From contig OX597816.1 of the NCBI GenBank assembly GCA_951406725.2, positions 129,084,001 to 129,148,000 of the forward strand: a DNA stretch of 64,000 bases, read 5' to 3'. Positions within the stretch are counted from its first letter, which is position 1. Every line of letters begins with the position of its first letter. The position numbers and the translations under genes are program-made. A model generated the notes under the pieces. It saw only the letters and a list, made by a program, of their open reading frames with translations. It was not told the DNA's origin and made no database searches. Shown in pieces: positions 12,638-27,277 of this stretch. The DNA comes from Octopus vulgaris (lineage: Eukaryota).

Positions 12638-12800
12638 CAACAGGCTTCTTTCAGATTTTCTCTATCAAGTCCACATAAGATTTTGGTCAGCTCAGATTTA
12701 TAGTAGAAGACACTTGCCCAAGGTCCCATGCAGTGGCACTGAACCTGGAACCATGTAGTTGAGAAGCAAGCTTCTTACCACACAGCCACACCTGCACCTA
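12435..12800 (-). mobile_element. CORE-type tRNA-SINE with expanded internal (TA)n
   Basis: Reverse complement of the 3262-3670 family. Confidence 0.85.
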
Positions 12801-15800
12801 GTTCACTTTTTGTAAATATATAGCTTCACTTAAGTGAGACAATATTTTTGTTGTACTTTACAGCAAGTTATATGTCCATGTCACAGGATAGCAGTCAACC
12901 ATCCACAATGAAATATCTGAGAAGCTTCAATATGGTTGTTCAATCTACTAGAAATAATAGCCAAATCTTTTTCAATTCAAATGCTATCATCTTGAAAGAA
13001 AAGAGGATACATTGGATAATGTGGTCCTAAATACTTCTAAAAGGATGGTATTATCATAGCTGGAATGCTTTTGATCTTATACCTACTCAATCAGTTTACC
13101 TGGAGCCAAATAACAACAACAACAGTAATAAATGTCAAAGTTTTCAACTGAAATCAACTTCTGGGAGTGTCAAAAGTTCTCAAGGAAAAACATCACAAAA
13201 TCATAATTGATCAAAAGACATCATTAAAAATTCCATTAATACATATATATATAAATATCTTCATGGCATTGATCCTATTGCTATTTTGAACCTCTTCATA
13301 TGAAAGACTAACCAATATTTACATAGGACTTAAAATCATTATCGAAGTATTAACAACATAACAGTGCTTTCATTTTCTACATCCCAGGATATTGGAGTAC
13401 TTTTCTTGTTGGTCTCCAGCTGTCTAGTTCAATTGATGTATTTTAACTTCATGACAAACACCTGTTGTTTTGCGATTACTGTTCTTTTGCCTCAAGAGTC
13501 AATCACATCTATTTTTGTTCTTTAACACATATTGAACTTTAATATATTGTGCCCTCAGATAACTAAGTTCTTTCTTTTAAGCAATTGTGATGCAATACAA
13601 ATGTTATGTATTCATTCATTCAAGAAAATCCCAGCAAGACCCAAGGGCATTTTATTTCCCACAGAGAACTACACTAGAGCAAAAACACTTTATCAAAGAG
13701 AAGCTGGTGTAAACAAATTCAATAACATAGTTGACCCTTTAATAGAAGATAAAAAGAGAACTTTATATAAGCTGGAAACAGCTTGCTCCCAAAATATAAT
13801 CCATTGGCAGTTATTAGCTGCTAAGGGATTCCGGTTTCAAAAAGAAAAACCCTGATTCCCAGATGTTGCAAATCTGAAGAAAGTAGTAAATCAAAATAAT
13901 AAAATTAAAAAAATATCAGTGACTTAAAAACCATATTTAATAAGTTGCTTGGTGTGTAGATGTTTGTTTATTCATTGGTTCTGTCTAGGAAATCTCTCTA
14001 AGATCAGCAAATTATTTATACTATAAAATTTTTTTTAATGTTACAAAGTTATTTATTCTCTACACAACTAAGGCTTCTGTCACATGCTACTAACTACAAC
14101 TCTCTGCTTTGAAGTGTTTATCTGAATGTTCCAGATAATAAATGATGAAGTTTTAAATAAAAGAAGAAAACTTAAAAATGAAATAAGCAAATATTCATAA
14201 AATAACTGTTTATCCTCATCTTATCTTTAAATGTAAGAAATACTCGTTACAGCATAGAAATGCAGTATTTAAACTAGTCAATAATTTATCTATTTGCTTT
14301 CAGTGCTCTTCATATTTACTTTGCAGGTTGATTGAAAGGAAGTTGTTTCAAGAGAAAAATCGAGTATTGACTTAACTCTGCTTTTATTGGAGATTAATTC
14401 TTTATTAATTAGTCAATACTGACATTATTGATATCGCAGGTGAAAGCTTTGCTGACCGAGACTCTCTCAACAATGCAAACCATGGCTAATGAGAAGCAAA
14501 AGTGAAAAATACAAACAGTATGTGCACAAAGACTTTGATAATTACATGAACTTGCTGTTTTAACACTGGCTTGTGACAAATTATTGAAGGGTTGTTAAAA
14601 GAAAATTTTGATCCTTTTTGTGGTTAAAAAAAATTATCCATTATAATAAAATAAATCTTTACAAACATTCAAAGGAAAACTGAATTCTTTTATTCTTCTG
14701 CTTGTTAGATCAATCATTAAATTGATTTCTTATACCAGCCTCAGTAATTTAAGAGTGGAATAAAATTTGGATGCCCATACACTTCTCAACGGTATTAGAT
14801 ACATAAATAAAGTGGCTGTAACCACAAACCAAAACAGAGTTGCAGTTTCTCTAGATCGGTAATTCATGAGAAACACAGATATAACATGACTATAGTAACA
14901 ATCAGTTTTAATAATATAGTAGTCATAGAAATAACATGGAACAAACATTTCATTTTGTATGCCACAAGACCATACTTTTGCATCATCAATTGAATGACCC
15001 TTTTTAAATTTGTAACATTTATTTTGTAGAACTTACAAGAAAGCTCAACTAGAAGGTGCAAATCTTCTTAATCCAGAAGTTCTACTATTTTAGTAGCATA
15101 ACTAGATTTATTTATTTATTTATTTATTTGCAGATCTTGACATTACCATATTATCAGGGCAGGTTCCACTCTTATGTCACAGTTACACTGTTTGCATTAA
15201 CTGCTCAATCATGAAGCAAAAGTGGAACATATGGTCAATGAAGCAGTTATTGTTATAGGTCTTATAGGTCTTATTGTTATGGCAGTTATTGTTATAGGTC
15301 TTACCCAGAGACAATAAAATGACAAAGAATACAATGAATTGGCCAGAGTTAATACTCATCATTCTTTATTCGTTTTTCTTTCTTTTTTTAAACTCAATGC
15401 CCCTTTCACCAAAAGGCATTTTACAAACTCTTCTTTACCATATTTAGCAAAAGAAAAATTAAGAAAAATAGCAGATAATTTTGATCTAACAGAAACTAGC
15501 TTTGCTTATTGCTTTATCATCAGTCATGTTTCCCCTCACTGATAACACAATGTCTTACTCATATCCTAAATTCAACAAAACTTTTTCTTCAAATGGGTTT
15601 AAAATATTAGTATTTTACCTGGTTTAGACACTTTATTTCTATGAAAAACTGATACTTCTAAACATTCAGCACTACCCCTTTGGCACCCTTTGACATCTGC
15701 CATCCCCTCTGAGCTCACAACACCTCCAAGGAAGCATCTGAAATTTATATTAATGTAGGTGCTGTTCAACTTGAATTTCCATTAGTTGATGCATATAAGA

Positions 15801-15904
15801 AGAGTATCTATTAGTAAGCATTGATTTTCCTGTTTGCCTTTGAGTCAGATATCAAAGCAATTTTCTTTGATCTCTTTATCATTCTCGGCAAGCATGTCCT
15901 GAAG

Positions 15905-16062
15905 CAGTCATGGGAAAATTGCAGCCCACAGGTCACTTGCACCCTGCAGGACTCTCAAAATAGCATGCTAATGAAAATTACCTAGAATTTTTGGTAGTGC
16001 AGCCCACTTGATGATCTATATCTCATTTAACCCCACTTCTCAAAAAAAGTTGCCTATGCCTG
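15905..16062. mobile_element. Old hAT/Charlie-like MITE
   Basis: Imperfect TIRs cagtcatgggaaaatt / aagttgcctatgcctg; internal gcagccc motifs. Confidence 0.55.
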
Positions 16063-16105
16063 TTCTAAAATATCATTAACAAGTCATCATCACATTCTAG
16101 CTTTG

Positions 16106-16150
<45 letters not shown>

Positions 16151-16802
16151 ATTTATTTTCAGTACTTAGTCTGAAGTATCTACATATTGCTCAATAGATG
16201 TAACTAACTACCAGACTGTATGTGTAATATATTTTGTGTTAGTGAGGGACTGAGAAACAATGTAGATGAGTGATTCTTTTTGTTAATTTCATAGTCAACA
16301 GTTGACATTAATTACTTTATTAATCTGTTTTGGTATCATAACTTTTATTGCAATATTGAACCAAACTGTACCCCAAATCTTTTAATCCATTATTAGCATT
16401 ATTAGAATACTGATGCTAATAATTATTTTCTTTCCCTATAAATTCTTTAGCATTTTTTGAGTTCCCTTTCAATTTCATCTTTTGCTATTTTCCTTCCCTT
16501 TTTTTCTGTTGCTTTGCCACTTTTAATAACTACTCAGTCTATACCTTTTTTTCTCAATGAACATAGGTTTTATTTTGTACTTAGTTCTTTTCTCATTCGA
16601 AGATAAATGATTTTTTTCTTCTTATACTAACCAGTCTGCAAATGTTTGCTTCTAAGTTTCTATAGATTCACTATGGTTACTTTGTACTATTTCTTCATGT
16701 TTGTACATGATAAGTCCAGATCAGCTTCAGAGTGCTGAGTTCAGAATTCAGTTAATAGTTTCCCAGTTTTTTTGTCAGCATTTCCATTAATTTAACTTCC
16801 AA

Positions 16803-17192
16803 TCTCTCTATATATAAAGCTGAGGTTGTCTGTGTATGGCAGGTTTGGTAGCCTTCAACTAACACTATCTCCTCCGAGACCTTGTGGTGCAAGTTGACAA
16901 AAATTGAGAGTATGATAGAATAAGGCTTGCTCTTCCTTCCGTAGAAGAAAAAATTTAAATTGGACCATGTTAACACCAAAAATTATTTACATCAAAAAGG
17001 TACTTTTTTTAATATGAAAATCCATATTTTTTACGATTTTTTGACTGCTGTGTCGCCATTTTTCGGTGTATTTTAACCAGAGAATTCACTTAAAGAGAAT
17101 AACAAGCTACCTAATGCAAAATTTTTACTTTTCAAAAATTCCAATTCTAAATGGTCGAAACAAACCCAAGCAACGCCAGGCAATACTGCTAG
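16803..17192 (+). mobile_element. Non-autonomous Helitron
   Basis: 5' TC(tctctatatataaa), subterminal hairpin cccaagcaacgccagg, 3' CTAG, inserted between A and T with no TSD. Confidence 0.85.
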
Positions 17193-17587
17193 TCTAAAAT
17201 AAAAACATTGTAGTTTATGACCATAATGACAACTGCATTTATACCTATAATCTCATTACTGGTTTTAATTTAGTACTATTAGTCAGTAGTTTTCCTTCTT
17301 TCTAAATCTGTCACTGAAGGATGCACACAGCAATATGCCTTTCAAAAGGTAAATGACTTTGCAGAGCCTACCACCCCTCCAGGTTGTGTTAGCTGTCATC
17401 TGTTAGCCTCTTTCATCATTTGACAAATTTTAATTTTAATCCTGATGGGTGTCCCTACACCCTCCTTAATCAATAAAATGCATAAGGGTAGAGAAGTTTA
17501 GACACTGACTACCCAATCATGAGACAGATTATTCTGCATTACATGTTACAAATAGTACATAGAGCCTGACCTGACTACAGTCTACGA

Positions 17588-17922
17588 CAGTGGTTCTCAA
17601 CCAGGATCCATATGATTCTCATGTGTCTATACGATATTTCTGGGGTTCATGCAAGCAAAATAGTAAACTGGGGATTTGCAGTCGTATTTTAAGGGTCCAT
17701 GAAAAAATTTTGCTTTAAATGTATTAATTGCAAAAAAAACAAAAACAACTAGGTTTCTTTCACTGTTTTACATAGTTTAACATGTTTCTGGCCACTGACT
17801 TAGAATTTTAAAAGAAATTTCTACAAAACTACTTTTTAAACATTGAATGGCCATGAGGTGTCCAGCAGAGTAAGATAGTAATTAAAGGGGGTCCATAAAT
17901 AAACAATGGTTGAGAACCACCA
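17588..17922. mobile_element. hAT (Charlie-like) MITE
   Basis: TIRs cagtggttctcaacc / ggttgagaaccacca; 8-bp TSD gtctacga / gtctacag. Confidence 0.85.
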
Positions 17923-18118
17923 GTCTACAGAACAGTTTTCTAATTTTTTTCTTTTAACTTCTTTAAGTTACATCACATCAGTTACCTTTACTTCTATGTA
18001 TTTGTATCTGTTAAGGTTCAGTTCTCTAAATTCGGTGCTTAAGAATTTTACTTCAACTGTTTCCTGTTCAAATAACTTTCATACATCTATTTAATTCCAC
18101 AATAATTTTAACATCAAT

Positions 18119-18264
18119 AATTCATTTTTGGATTTGGTTTGCAAGATTCTTTATATGAGTTCGTGTGTTGAAAGTAAAAATAAGAAATAAGTGGAAATTT
18201 TACTGGTGAGTGTGTTAAATTATAAGGCACAAAAAGAAAATGACTCTCCCCAGACACAACAGAA
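18119..18264. mobile_element. 146-bp insertion with 12-bp TSD (probable short retroposed fragment)
   Basis: tttaacatcaat at 18107-18118 and 18265-18276. Confidence 0.6.
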
Positions 18265-20019
18265 TTTAACATCAATGTTTACCCTTTTTTTCTCAAATGT
18301 ATAGGTTTTCTCAGTTTAAAATTGTTTATACAGAGAAAATGTTTTGCGGCTACACAATATTTTTTGTAACCAACAGTCTATAGGAAATAAGGAGTTGTCA
18401 AAAAATTCCCTATTTTACAAGGACATGACTGGAATATTTTGTTTTGTTTTTGTTGATCATTTTCTATTTTCTATTTTCACAAAGCATGGTTAATATACTG
18501 CTTTGGTACAGGGGCTATTTTATTTGTGTATAGAGTCACCAATATTCAGAAATGTAGTATGTTGTAAAAAGATTTTTAGGTATTCAGTCTAATTAAAGCT
18601 TTAAGATATTTTGCATTTTTTTTTGTTGGTATTTTTTGTTGTTGTTTTAATTTTCAATAACTGCTTTATTTATTTTTTATGTCTCTCTACTCTTCTGCTA
18701 AAATATTATAATCTTGCAGATGTAGAACCAGCTTGTTAGTGAAGTATTGATGTAAGGACATTATATATCACTGATAAACAGTCTATTTGTCTACATTTTT
18801 TTGTTTTTAAGGAGTATATTTTTTTCCCCTGCTAGTAACCAGTCAGGTGCCGATTTTCGTCTCTCTGATAATTCAATGAATGTGGTTGCTATAACTCCAT
18901 ATATAACTGGTTAACTGTGTTAGCCTGAACTCGGGATATTATCAATTCCAGTTGCTAGCTGTTTAGAATGTGTTGGTGAAATCCCCATTAGTTATGCTAG
19001 GCCATGTCTATGATGTTATTGGTTTTGACGGTGGCAGCAGAGGGGGTGGGGGTGGATTTTCCTCTCCCCCCATCTCTCTCTCTTGTACACTGTGCATCTT
19101 TATTCTGTTGAATATCTTTATTCCATTCTTTTATTCTCAGAATGACTTGATTTCTATTAATGCTGGTATGTCTCTCAATATATATTTTTTTTAGTAATGT
19201 TCCAGTAAAATGTTTTACTATTTGTTTCAAATACATGATTCAAATGGAAGAAACGTTCATGTATTTCAATGTATTTTATCCAACATGGTTTGCCAGGAGA
19301 AGCAGTTGTTTTCATTTTCCTTCTCTATTCCTGCTACTATACACATTTTTCTATCAATATTTGTTTAGTTTATTTCTTTACTCTATTAGGTCCCCACCCT
19401 TTCTCTTATGTTAAGTAATGATAGGCCTTTTCTCTTTTTGTTATACATTTTCTTTCTACAGCTATTTATTTATCATTTTTATTCCTTGTTTATTTTGCAA
19501 GAGGAGGTGGGCTTTCTCTATTTAAGTTGAGCCAGGCTTCTCATCATACTACTTGACTACTAAGTAAATTGTGTTATTTAGCATATTCATGTTCTGCTTT
19601 GTTTCAGCTGAAAGAATTTCTTGTGGGGTGAATTTCTAGTTGTATTTAGCTATTTTCCCTGAAACATTTGTTTGTTCATAGCTTGGGAGAATATTCTCAT
19701 TGATCCATGTTGATTGATTTTGTTATGGTCAATTCTTCTGTTTTATTTATTGTTTCTCTTAGATACTCCTCATTGTTTATTCTGCTTATTCTGTATGATG
19801 CATGTTATTATTCCATTTGTTATTTTATGCAAGGCCAAAGAGATTTTTGTTGTAACTGGATATTCAAATGATTATTTCTATAAGCTCTTGTGCGCTCACC
19901 CACTTTCTGATTTTTTTTTATTTGTTTTTATATTATTATGTATTTGATTTTAGTTTGTAATGATGACTTGTCCTTTTTCATGTGTGGTGGTCAGTTCTGC
20001 AGAGTTTTGAAGGCTCATC

Positions 20020-20630
20020 AGCTAATCATTTCTATTGTTCTTTTACCTTTTTGCTAGTTTCATTCGTTGAACTACAGCCATGCTGGAGCACTGCCTTGAG
20101 GGATTTAATCAAAGAAATTGCTTCCAGGACATATTGTAAGTCTGGTATCTACTCCTCCATTCTCTTTTTGTCAAACCATTAAGCTATAGTAATGCAAACA
20201 AACCAACACAATTAGTCAAGTGGTGAAATAACTAAAGCAAACACAAAGATGCACATACACACACACATACAAAAGCATATACACATATATTTACTCACAC
20301 ACACACATATCATTACCATCATTTAACGTCTGTTTTCCATCCTGACATGGGTTGGATGGTTTGACAGGAGCTGTCAATATATTCAAGTGTTGGGCCACAC
20401 AGAGGCAATGTGGCTGATGCTGCTGACATCATGCAACTGGCAACCATGCTGATGGAATGTAAAAGCATCCATTACACTGTTATGGTTAGTGTTAGGAAGG
20501 GCATCCAGCCATAGAAACCCTTGTCAAATCAGACTGGAGTCTGGTGCCGCTCCTCAGCTTACCAGCCCTGATCAAACTGTTCAATCCATGCTAGCATGGA
20601 CACCAGACATTAAGTGATGATGATGATGAG
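20020..20630. mobile_element. Decayed CORE-SINE tail (-) followed by two oppositely oriented RTE 3' tails
   Basis: 20318-20372 RTE tail on minus strand; 20450-20630 RTE tail on plus strand ending in (GAT)n. Confidence 0.7.
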
Positions 20631-21142
20631 GAGGAGGAGGAGGAGGAGAATGTATGTATGTATATATTTTGTGTTATGCTATGAATTTTTGATTTGAAAC
20701 AAATATAAAAAGCTACTCCCAATCATTGTTACAGTATCAGCCTATGTGGAGTCTGGATCAACTAGTTTGTACTGGCATTGAGTCATACAAGTTATAATAA
20801 TGAAGTCAAACCAAATAGTGATATTTTGAAACCATTTAATATATGTTTCAGGCTTACATAACATATAATAAGAAATGTATCCATTACATAACCTTCCTCA
20901 CTTAAAACATTTCAAAATACGAAGCAATTGATGAATATATTTCAATATATATGACTAAAGCAGTAAATTGGCTGCTAAGTTAGAAGGCTGAATATGTATA
21001 TAGAAGGGATTTCTCTCTCTCTTTTGCTCCCTCTCCTTCTGTCTCCCTTCTTTATTGCCCACTGTAAACATATCCATCCTCCTTAGTAACCAAATTACAG
21101 CTCTAACCATATATATATATATTTACAAATATAAATATATAC

Positions 21143-21176
<34 letters not shown>

Positions 21177-21262
21177 TGAAATATTTCCATCAATTACTTC
21201 ATATTTTGAAATGTTTTAACTGAGAAAGGTTTACGTTATGGATGCATTTCCTATGTTACATA

Positions 21263-21570
21263 CATCATCATCATCGTTTAACGTCCACTTTCCATGCTAG
21301 CATGGGTTGGATGATTCGACTGAGGACTGGTGAACCAGATGGCTGCACCAGGCTCCAATCTGATCTGACAGAGTTTCTACAGCTGGATGCTCTTCTTAAT
21401 GCCAACCACTCTAAGATTGTAGTGGGTGCTTTTACGTGCCACCAGCACAAGAGCCAGTCAGGTGGTACTAACAGAAGCCATGCTCAAATGGTATTTTTTA
21501 TATGCCACATGCACAGGAGCCAGCCCAGCGGCACTGGCAATGATCTTGCTTGAATGTTTTTTCACGTGCC
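21263..21570 (-). mobile_element. RTE LINE 3' UTR
   Basis: Family match with (CAT)n start. Confidence 0.85.
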
Positions 21571-21588
21571 ATCGATACATATAAATAA

Positions 21589-21626
<38 letters not shown>

Positions 21627-21690
21627 TCATCATCATCATCATCATCGTTTAACGTCCGTTTTCCATGCTAGCACGGGTTGGACGAGCTGC

Positions 21691-22105
21691 AGGAGTGGCT
21701 GTGTGGTAAGTAGCTTGCTTACCAACCACATGGTTCTGGGTTCAGTCCCACTGCGTGGCATCTTGGGCAAGTGTCTTCTACTATAGACCCGGGCCGACCA
21801 AAACCTTGTGAGTCGATTTGGTAGACAGAAACTGAAAGAAGCCCATTGTATATACGTATATATATGTGTGTATGTATATGTGTGTGTATGTTTGTGTGTC
21901 TGTGTTTGTCCGACCAACACCACTTGACAACCGATGCTGGTGTGTTTACATCCCCATAACTTAGCGGTTCGGCAAAAGAGACCGATAGAATAAGTACTGG
22001 GCTTACAAAGAATAAGTCCCGGGGTCGAGTTGCTCGACTAAAGGCGATGCTCCAGCATGGCCGCAGTCAAATGACTGAAACAAGTAAAAGAGTAAAGAGT
22101 AAAAA
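21691..22105 (+). mobile_element. Full-length CORE-type tRNA-SINE (partial second 3' half follows to ~22262)
   Basis: Near-identical to 3262-3670. Confidence 0.9.
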
Positions 22106-22263
22106 GTATGCATATGTGTCTATGTTTCTGTGTCTGTGTTTGCCCCCACCATTGCTTGACAACAGATGTTGGTGTGTTTACGTCCCCATAACCTAGCGGT
22201 TTGGCAAAAGAGACCGATAGAATAAGTACTAGGCTTACAAAGAATAAGTCCTAAAGTCGATTT

Positions 22264-23110
22264 CATAGAATATGAACTTTTTTTGCAAACAACGAATGAA
22301 ACAAATGGAAGACAAGACAAACAACACAAAGAACAACCATTCATCAGTTGTTGGCTGTTTTTCTAATCCATATTTCAAACAATTCACGACAAGATACGCC
22401 TTCGATAAAACAGTTGCTCCCACAAAGCAAATTAAATAAAATTTGGGATTTTGCAGAGGGTCAAAATTGGTGACAAAAACAGGACAGTGAAAACAAACAG
22501 GAAGGGCTGCTAAGCCTAAACGAGGTTGTGGTAGCGAATTTGAAGAAACAAGGTTGGACAGGAGACAGACAAGAATATATCTTCCTTGTCCAGCTGCAAC
22601 AGGAAGAACGAATGAAACACAAGTTAAGAGAAGAAAGAAAAATGGTCGATGGTTACATGGGAGCCACATGAGCAAAGGAGGAAAAGTGAGAGAGCGAGAG
22701 AGAGAGTGACAGACTGAGAACTGTGAAGGAGAGAGGAAAAGATTTGGAGATAGGATAAGAGTGAAAAAAAGAGTGGGAGAAGGGGAGGTAAAAGAATAAG
22801 AGAAAGGAAGAGAAAAAATGATAGAGTAAAAAAATAGAATAGTTGGAGAAGAGGAAGTAAAAGAATAAGAGAAGGGAAGGGAGAAAATGAAAGAGTAATA
22901 GGAGGAATAGAGAGTTGCATCAGAATTATTAAGATAAAACTTACCTGGAAAAGGATGTGTGGCATTCAATCATATAATAATATATAATATATATATGCAT
23001 ATGTGGGCACAGGACGTTACAAAATGTAAACAACAAAAAATATGAAGTACAAGGACATGGAATATGAACTTTTTTTGTGAACAATGAAAGAAACAAATGG
23101 AAAACAAGAC
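22264..23110. mobile_element. ~850-bp repeat with 55-bp terminal direct repeats (Penelope pseudo-LTR-like)
   Basis: 22264-22318 resembles 23056-23110 (period 792 bp); purine-rich interior. Confidence 0.5.
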
Positions 23111-24146
23111 GTCTATATAAATATACATATATATAATTGTGTGTATGTGTGTTTGGTGGGGTGTCTGATTGCATTAATGATCACTCGTACAGAAGTGCAC
23201 AACATGAGGTTTTGCCAGTTTCCCCTGTCAACAATTCTTCCAGATGCTTCAAGTCTTCAAAGACTTGTGGAATAATAAAAAAAAATCCCTAACTGGGAAA
23301 AAACAGATATGAATTAAAGTAAAGTAATGGGCATCCTACTGTAAAACAATGCCTCAAATAATATATTCATCTAACCCATGCTAGAATAGAAAAAGGAACA
23401 TAAAAGCAATGAGAAAGAGAGCAAGTGGAAAATGAGGTGAAGGGGAGGGAGACACTATACAATATTTTCTGCTTATGATTTTCTTACATTTTATTATATA
23501 TTTATTATATACTGCTACAACATGATACTCTAATGTTTTTAGTTTTTATTCTTCATATTTTGTTTATATTTTTATTACATAAATGCTCTGGTAGAAAAAA
23601 GCAACAAAATCATTATTATTATTATTATTATTACCATTATTACTACAACTATTATTATTATTATTTTATATTATTATCATTATTATTGTTATTATTACTA
23701 TTATTATGAATCTGGTATGTTTAACTCTGCCTCTTTAAGACTTATAGCTAAATCAATTATTTACTGTAAAAAAATATGCTGTTTTTCTCAATGACTGGCA
23801 TTTAGTTTTTCTCCTTGTCATTAACATCCTGTACACAAACAGACAGCTGCACAGAAATAAATGTAGATTTTGACATTTTCCTAATGCATACATATAGCGG
23901 TCTTTATATATTTTTATTCATTTATTTAGATATATATTGTTTTGTTTTTTTGTTTTTGTTGTTTTTTAGCTTTGTATTTTGTAGTTGGTTTATGTTTGTT
24001 TTTCTGTTTTGTTTTGTTCCATTTCCATTCTTAGTACAATCTCAGTGACAGTGACATACTCCATCGTTGACAGATATGTGGTCAGCCATGCACTGTTTTG
24101 CTTTTTGACCAGTAGAATAATGTTTTTGTTCTTTCTAGCCATCTTT

Positions 24147-24148
<2 letters not shown>

Positions 24149-24190
<42 letters not shown>

Positions 24191-24289
24191 TTTTCTCTCT
24201 CTCACTCTCTCATACACATAACCCTCACACATACTAGCTTATGTATATGTGTGTGTGTTTATGCATGTCTATGTGTGTATATGTATGTG

Positions 24290-24357
<68 letters not shown>

Positions 24358-24647
24358 GCACACATACATACAAGCACACATATGTAACTGCATATATGTG
24401 TGAGTGTATGTGTGTGTGTGTATATATATATACATATATATATACATATACATATATGTGTGTGTATGTATGTATGCATGCATGTATGTATGTAGGTATG
24501 TATATGCATACACACGCAAACACACACATATGCATGTATAAGTTTGGTGACGCAAGCAGAAAACTATAACTCAAAACATGTATTTGGCAGGGTATGAGTG
24601 AATGAAAGGATGGATGGATGGATGGATGGACAGACAGACAGTCAGGC

Positions 24648-24690
<43 letters not shown>

Positions 24691-24750
24691 TAGATGCATA
24701 CATACATACATACATACATACATACATACATACATACATACATACATACA
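24149..24750. repeat. Compound microsatellite (CT)n,(TA)n,(TG)n,(GGAT)n,(GACA)n,(CATA)n
   Basis: Directly visible. Confidence 0.95.
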
Positions 24751-24969
24751 TCTATTCTTTCATATTGCTGAGACATTATTTTACAACCAGATACCTTTCC
24801 TGTCACTAACCTTTACTTGTCTTCCAAAATAACAGATCACTTTTCCACAAATCTTTGATGGTGTAAAGAACTGAAAATAGCAACACTGCTGAAAGTGAAC
24901 AAATTTCATGGAAGCAAGTGCAAGCAACACGAATACACACATGCTTGATTCACCGAAAAGAGATGATAG

Positions 24970-25215
24970 TGTTTGTTACCTAGATGAGATAATTAGTAGG
25001 GGAAGTGGTTCCTTGAGAAGTACAGTTATCAGGATAAGAACTGGTCGGAGAAAGTTCAGTGAGTAACTACCACTGCTGGCAAAGAATCTTCCCCACCACC
25101 CCAGATGGTATGACTCTTGTGTCAGAAGTGCAATGATGTAAGTTAGTGAGATATACACCTTGATTGAAGACTGAGAAAACCAGAAAGAAATGAAGTGATC
25201 ATGCTGCATTGGATA
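24970..25215 (+). mobile_element. Old RTE reverse-transcriptase C-terminal fragment
   Basis: CYL-EIISRG...IRIRTGRRKFSE-LPLL...YDSCVRSAMM-VSE...ERNEVIMLHW. Confidence 0.7.
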
Positions 25216-25486
25216 TTCTAAGTGTGCAGCATGGAAGATGTTTGTAAACCATTCAAGAACACACAAATATTGTTAGTTTCACTTCAACATTAAAACTTCG
25301 TATGTGTCAAAATATTTTTATCATTTTGAAATTGCAACCTGATCACTGACAAGACCTCCCAAAAGTGATGCAGCACGAAGTTTTGCCAGTGAACAGCACA
25401 CACACACACACACACAGAGGCATGAACACACATACATTTATTGCCTTTCATTTGCGTGTATCTATGTGTATCCGTGAGTGTGTATT

Positions 25487-25552
<66 letters not shown>

Positions 25553-26246
25553 ACTGTTGAAGTTATATTTGGAAACTATGAATAAGGTGCAAATTTCGAG
25601 TACTTGTCGGTAACTTTTTTTTTCTCGTTTTCTAATAATAATTTCCCAACTTTCTAGGTTCTTCTCACAGCTATCCTGCATTCAAAAATTATATGGGTAT
25701 TTAAAAAAATTTCATTTGGTAAATAATGTTTTTACATCACGTATACATTAATAGTGAATTAAAACTTAAAAGAGAAAGTGAGAGACTTTGCGAATGAAAA
25801 TGGAATACTCTGCAATGAATGCAATGAATATTTAAATTTTTGATGAATTGGACGCAGTGAATATTTAAATTTGAGAAATTGGAGTTTAAAAAATTTAATA
25901 AACTTGAGAAATCGAAATTATAGGAAATTTCTGAGAACATGAATTTATAAAAATATTTCCAGACGGTCAACTCTTTAATAATTGCTTTCTTTTAGTACTT
26001 TTAGTAATTGTTACATACCTAAGTAATAAGCAGCTTTTTCCATTATAGTAGAAATATACATATATGTGTGTGTGACTTTGTGTTTGTCCTCCACCACCAC
26101 TTGACAACTGGTGTTGGTGTGTCTACATCCCTATAACTTGGCAGTTCAGCAAATGAGACCAATAGAATAAGTACCGGGGTCAATTCGTTTGACTAAAGAT
26201 TCAAAGCATGGCTGCTGTCTAATGACTGTAACAAGTAAAAGATAAA

Positions 26247-26303
<57 letters not shown>

Positions 26304-26538
26304 CACATGTCCACAAAGACCTCTTCACTCAATCTCCTCCTCAAATCACCCTCCCCACACCCATCATTTCTCTCAGTGCAGCTCTCCTTTGATGCCCCTT
26401 TATTCTTGCTACCTGGAATGAGCTGGACAGATTTACAAGAACTGGAGAGCCAGAGGACTCCAGCAAACACTACTGTCTGCTTTGGCATGTTTCTATGTCT
26501 AGACGTCCTTCTTAATACCATGTGTGTGAGTGTGAGTG

Positions 26539-26576
<38 letters not shown>

Positions 26577-27277
26577 GCAAGAGAGAGGGAAAGAGAGAGA
26601 GCACAATAGGTAAGTATATATCTTCAGATGTATACATATGTGTATGCCTGTGTGTAATGTGTGAGTGATTTTGTATGTGTGTATGTGTGTATGTTAAAGG
26701 ACCTATTAAAATGGCAAGGATATAACAAATGAGTTATACTTCATTGCACTCTTAATTTCTTCAAAAACAGGTTCTTGAGGCATAAACATTCATTCACCAA
26801 TTATGAATTGATACATTTAGCATCATTACCTGATCACATTTGGATTTTGAAGTCAAAACATATTGATTTTAGGCTCGAATGGAGTAGTTTAGGTTCTCCA
26901 CTGCCATATAGAGGTGAGAATATAAATGTTGGCTATGTACATATGAAGCCATTTAAATATTAGTAGCAGAAATTAATCTCTTAAACAAAAACAAATGAAA
27001 TTATCATTAGTTGCAATCATAAGAGCTTCAAAACTTTCAAGTTGTATGAAGTAGGATGTAGATATAATTGAAAAATGAAATTATTTCCCTGATTAAAAGT
27101 ATTTTAACATAAAGCTTAAAATTATGTATCAATAACTCTATTGTAAATACTCCTCCAATTTACTTTCTTCATAATCAGTCTTTACATTAAAATATACCTT
27201 ATGCTTTTGACAAACTTGATCTATCCTATGTGTCCTTGATATAATTTCATAACTTAATTATTATAATTTAATTAATA

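Noticed and set aside
13532-13855. 107-aa ORF in unique sequence
   Set aside because: TTG start, no recognisable domain, no good splice pair
14363-14420. agtattgact/agtcaatact inverted repeat as a pre-miRNA
   Set aside because: Only 10 bp of continuous stem with a branched interior
15242-15303. 22-bp direct repeat with internal reiterations
   Set aside because: Ordinary slippage or repair scar
22235-22969. 244-aa hydrophobic ORF as a membrane protein
   Set aside because: Arises from the pyrimidine-rich low-complexity strand of a repeat
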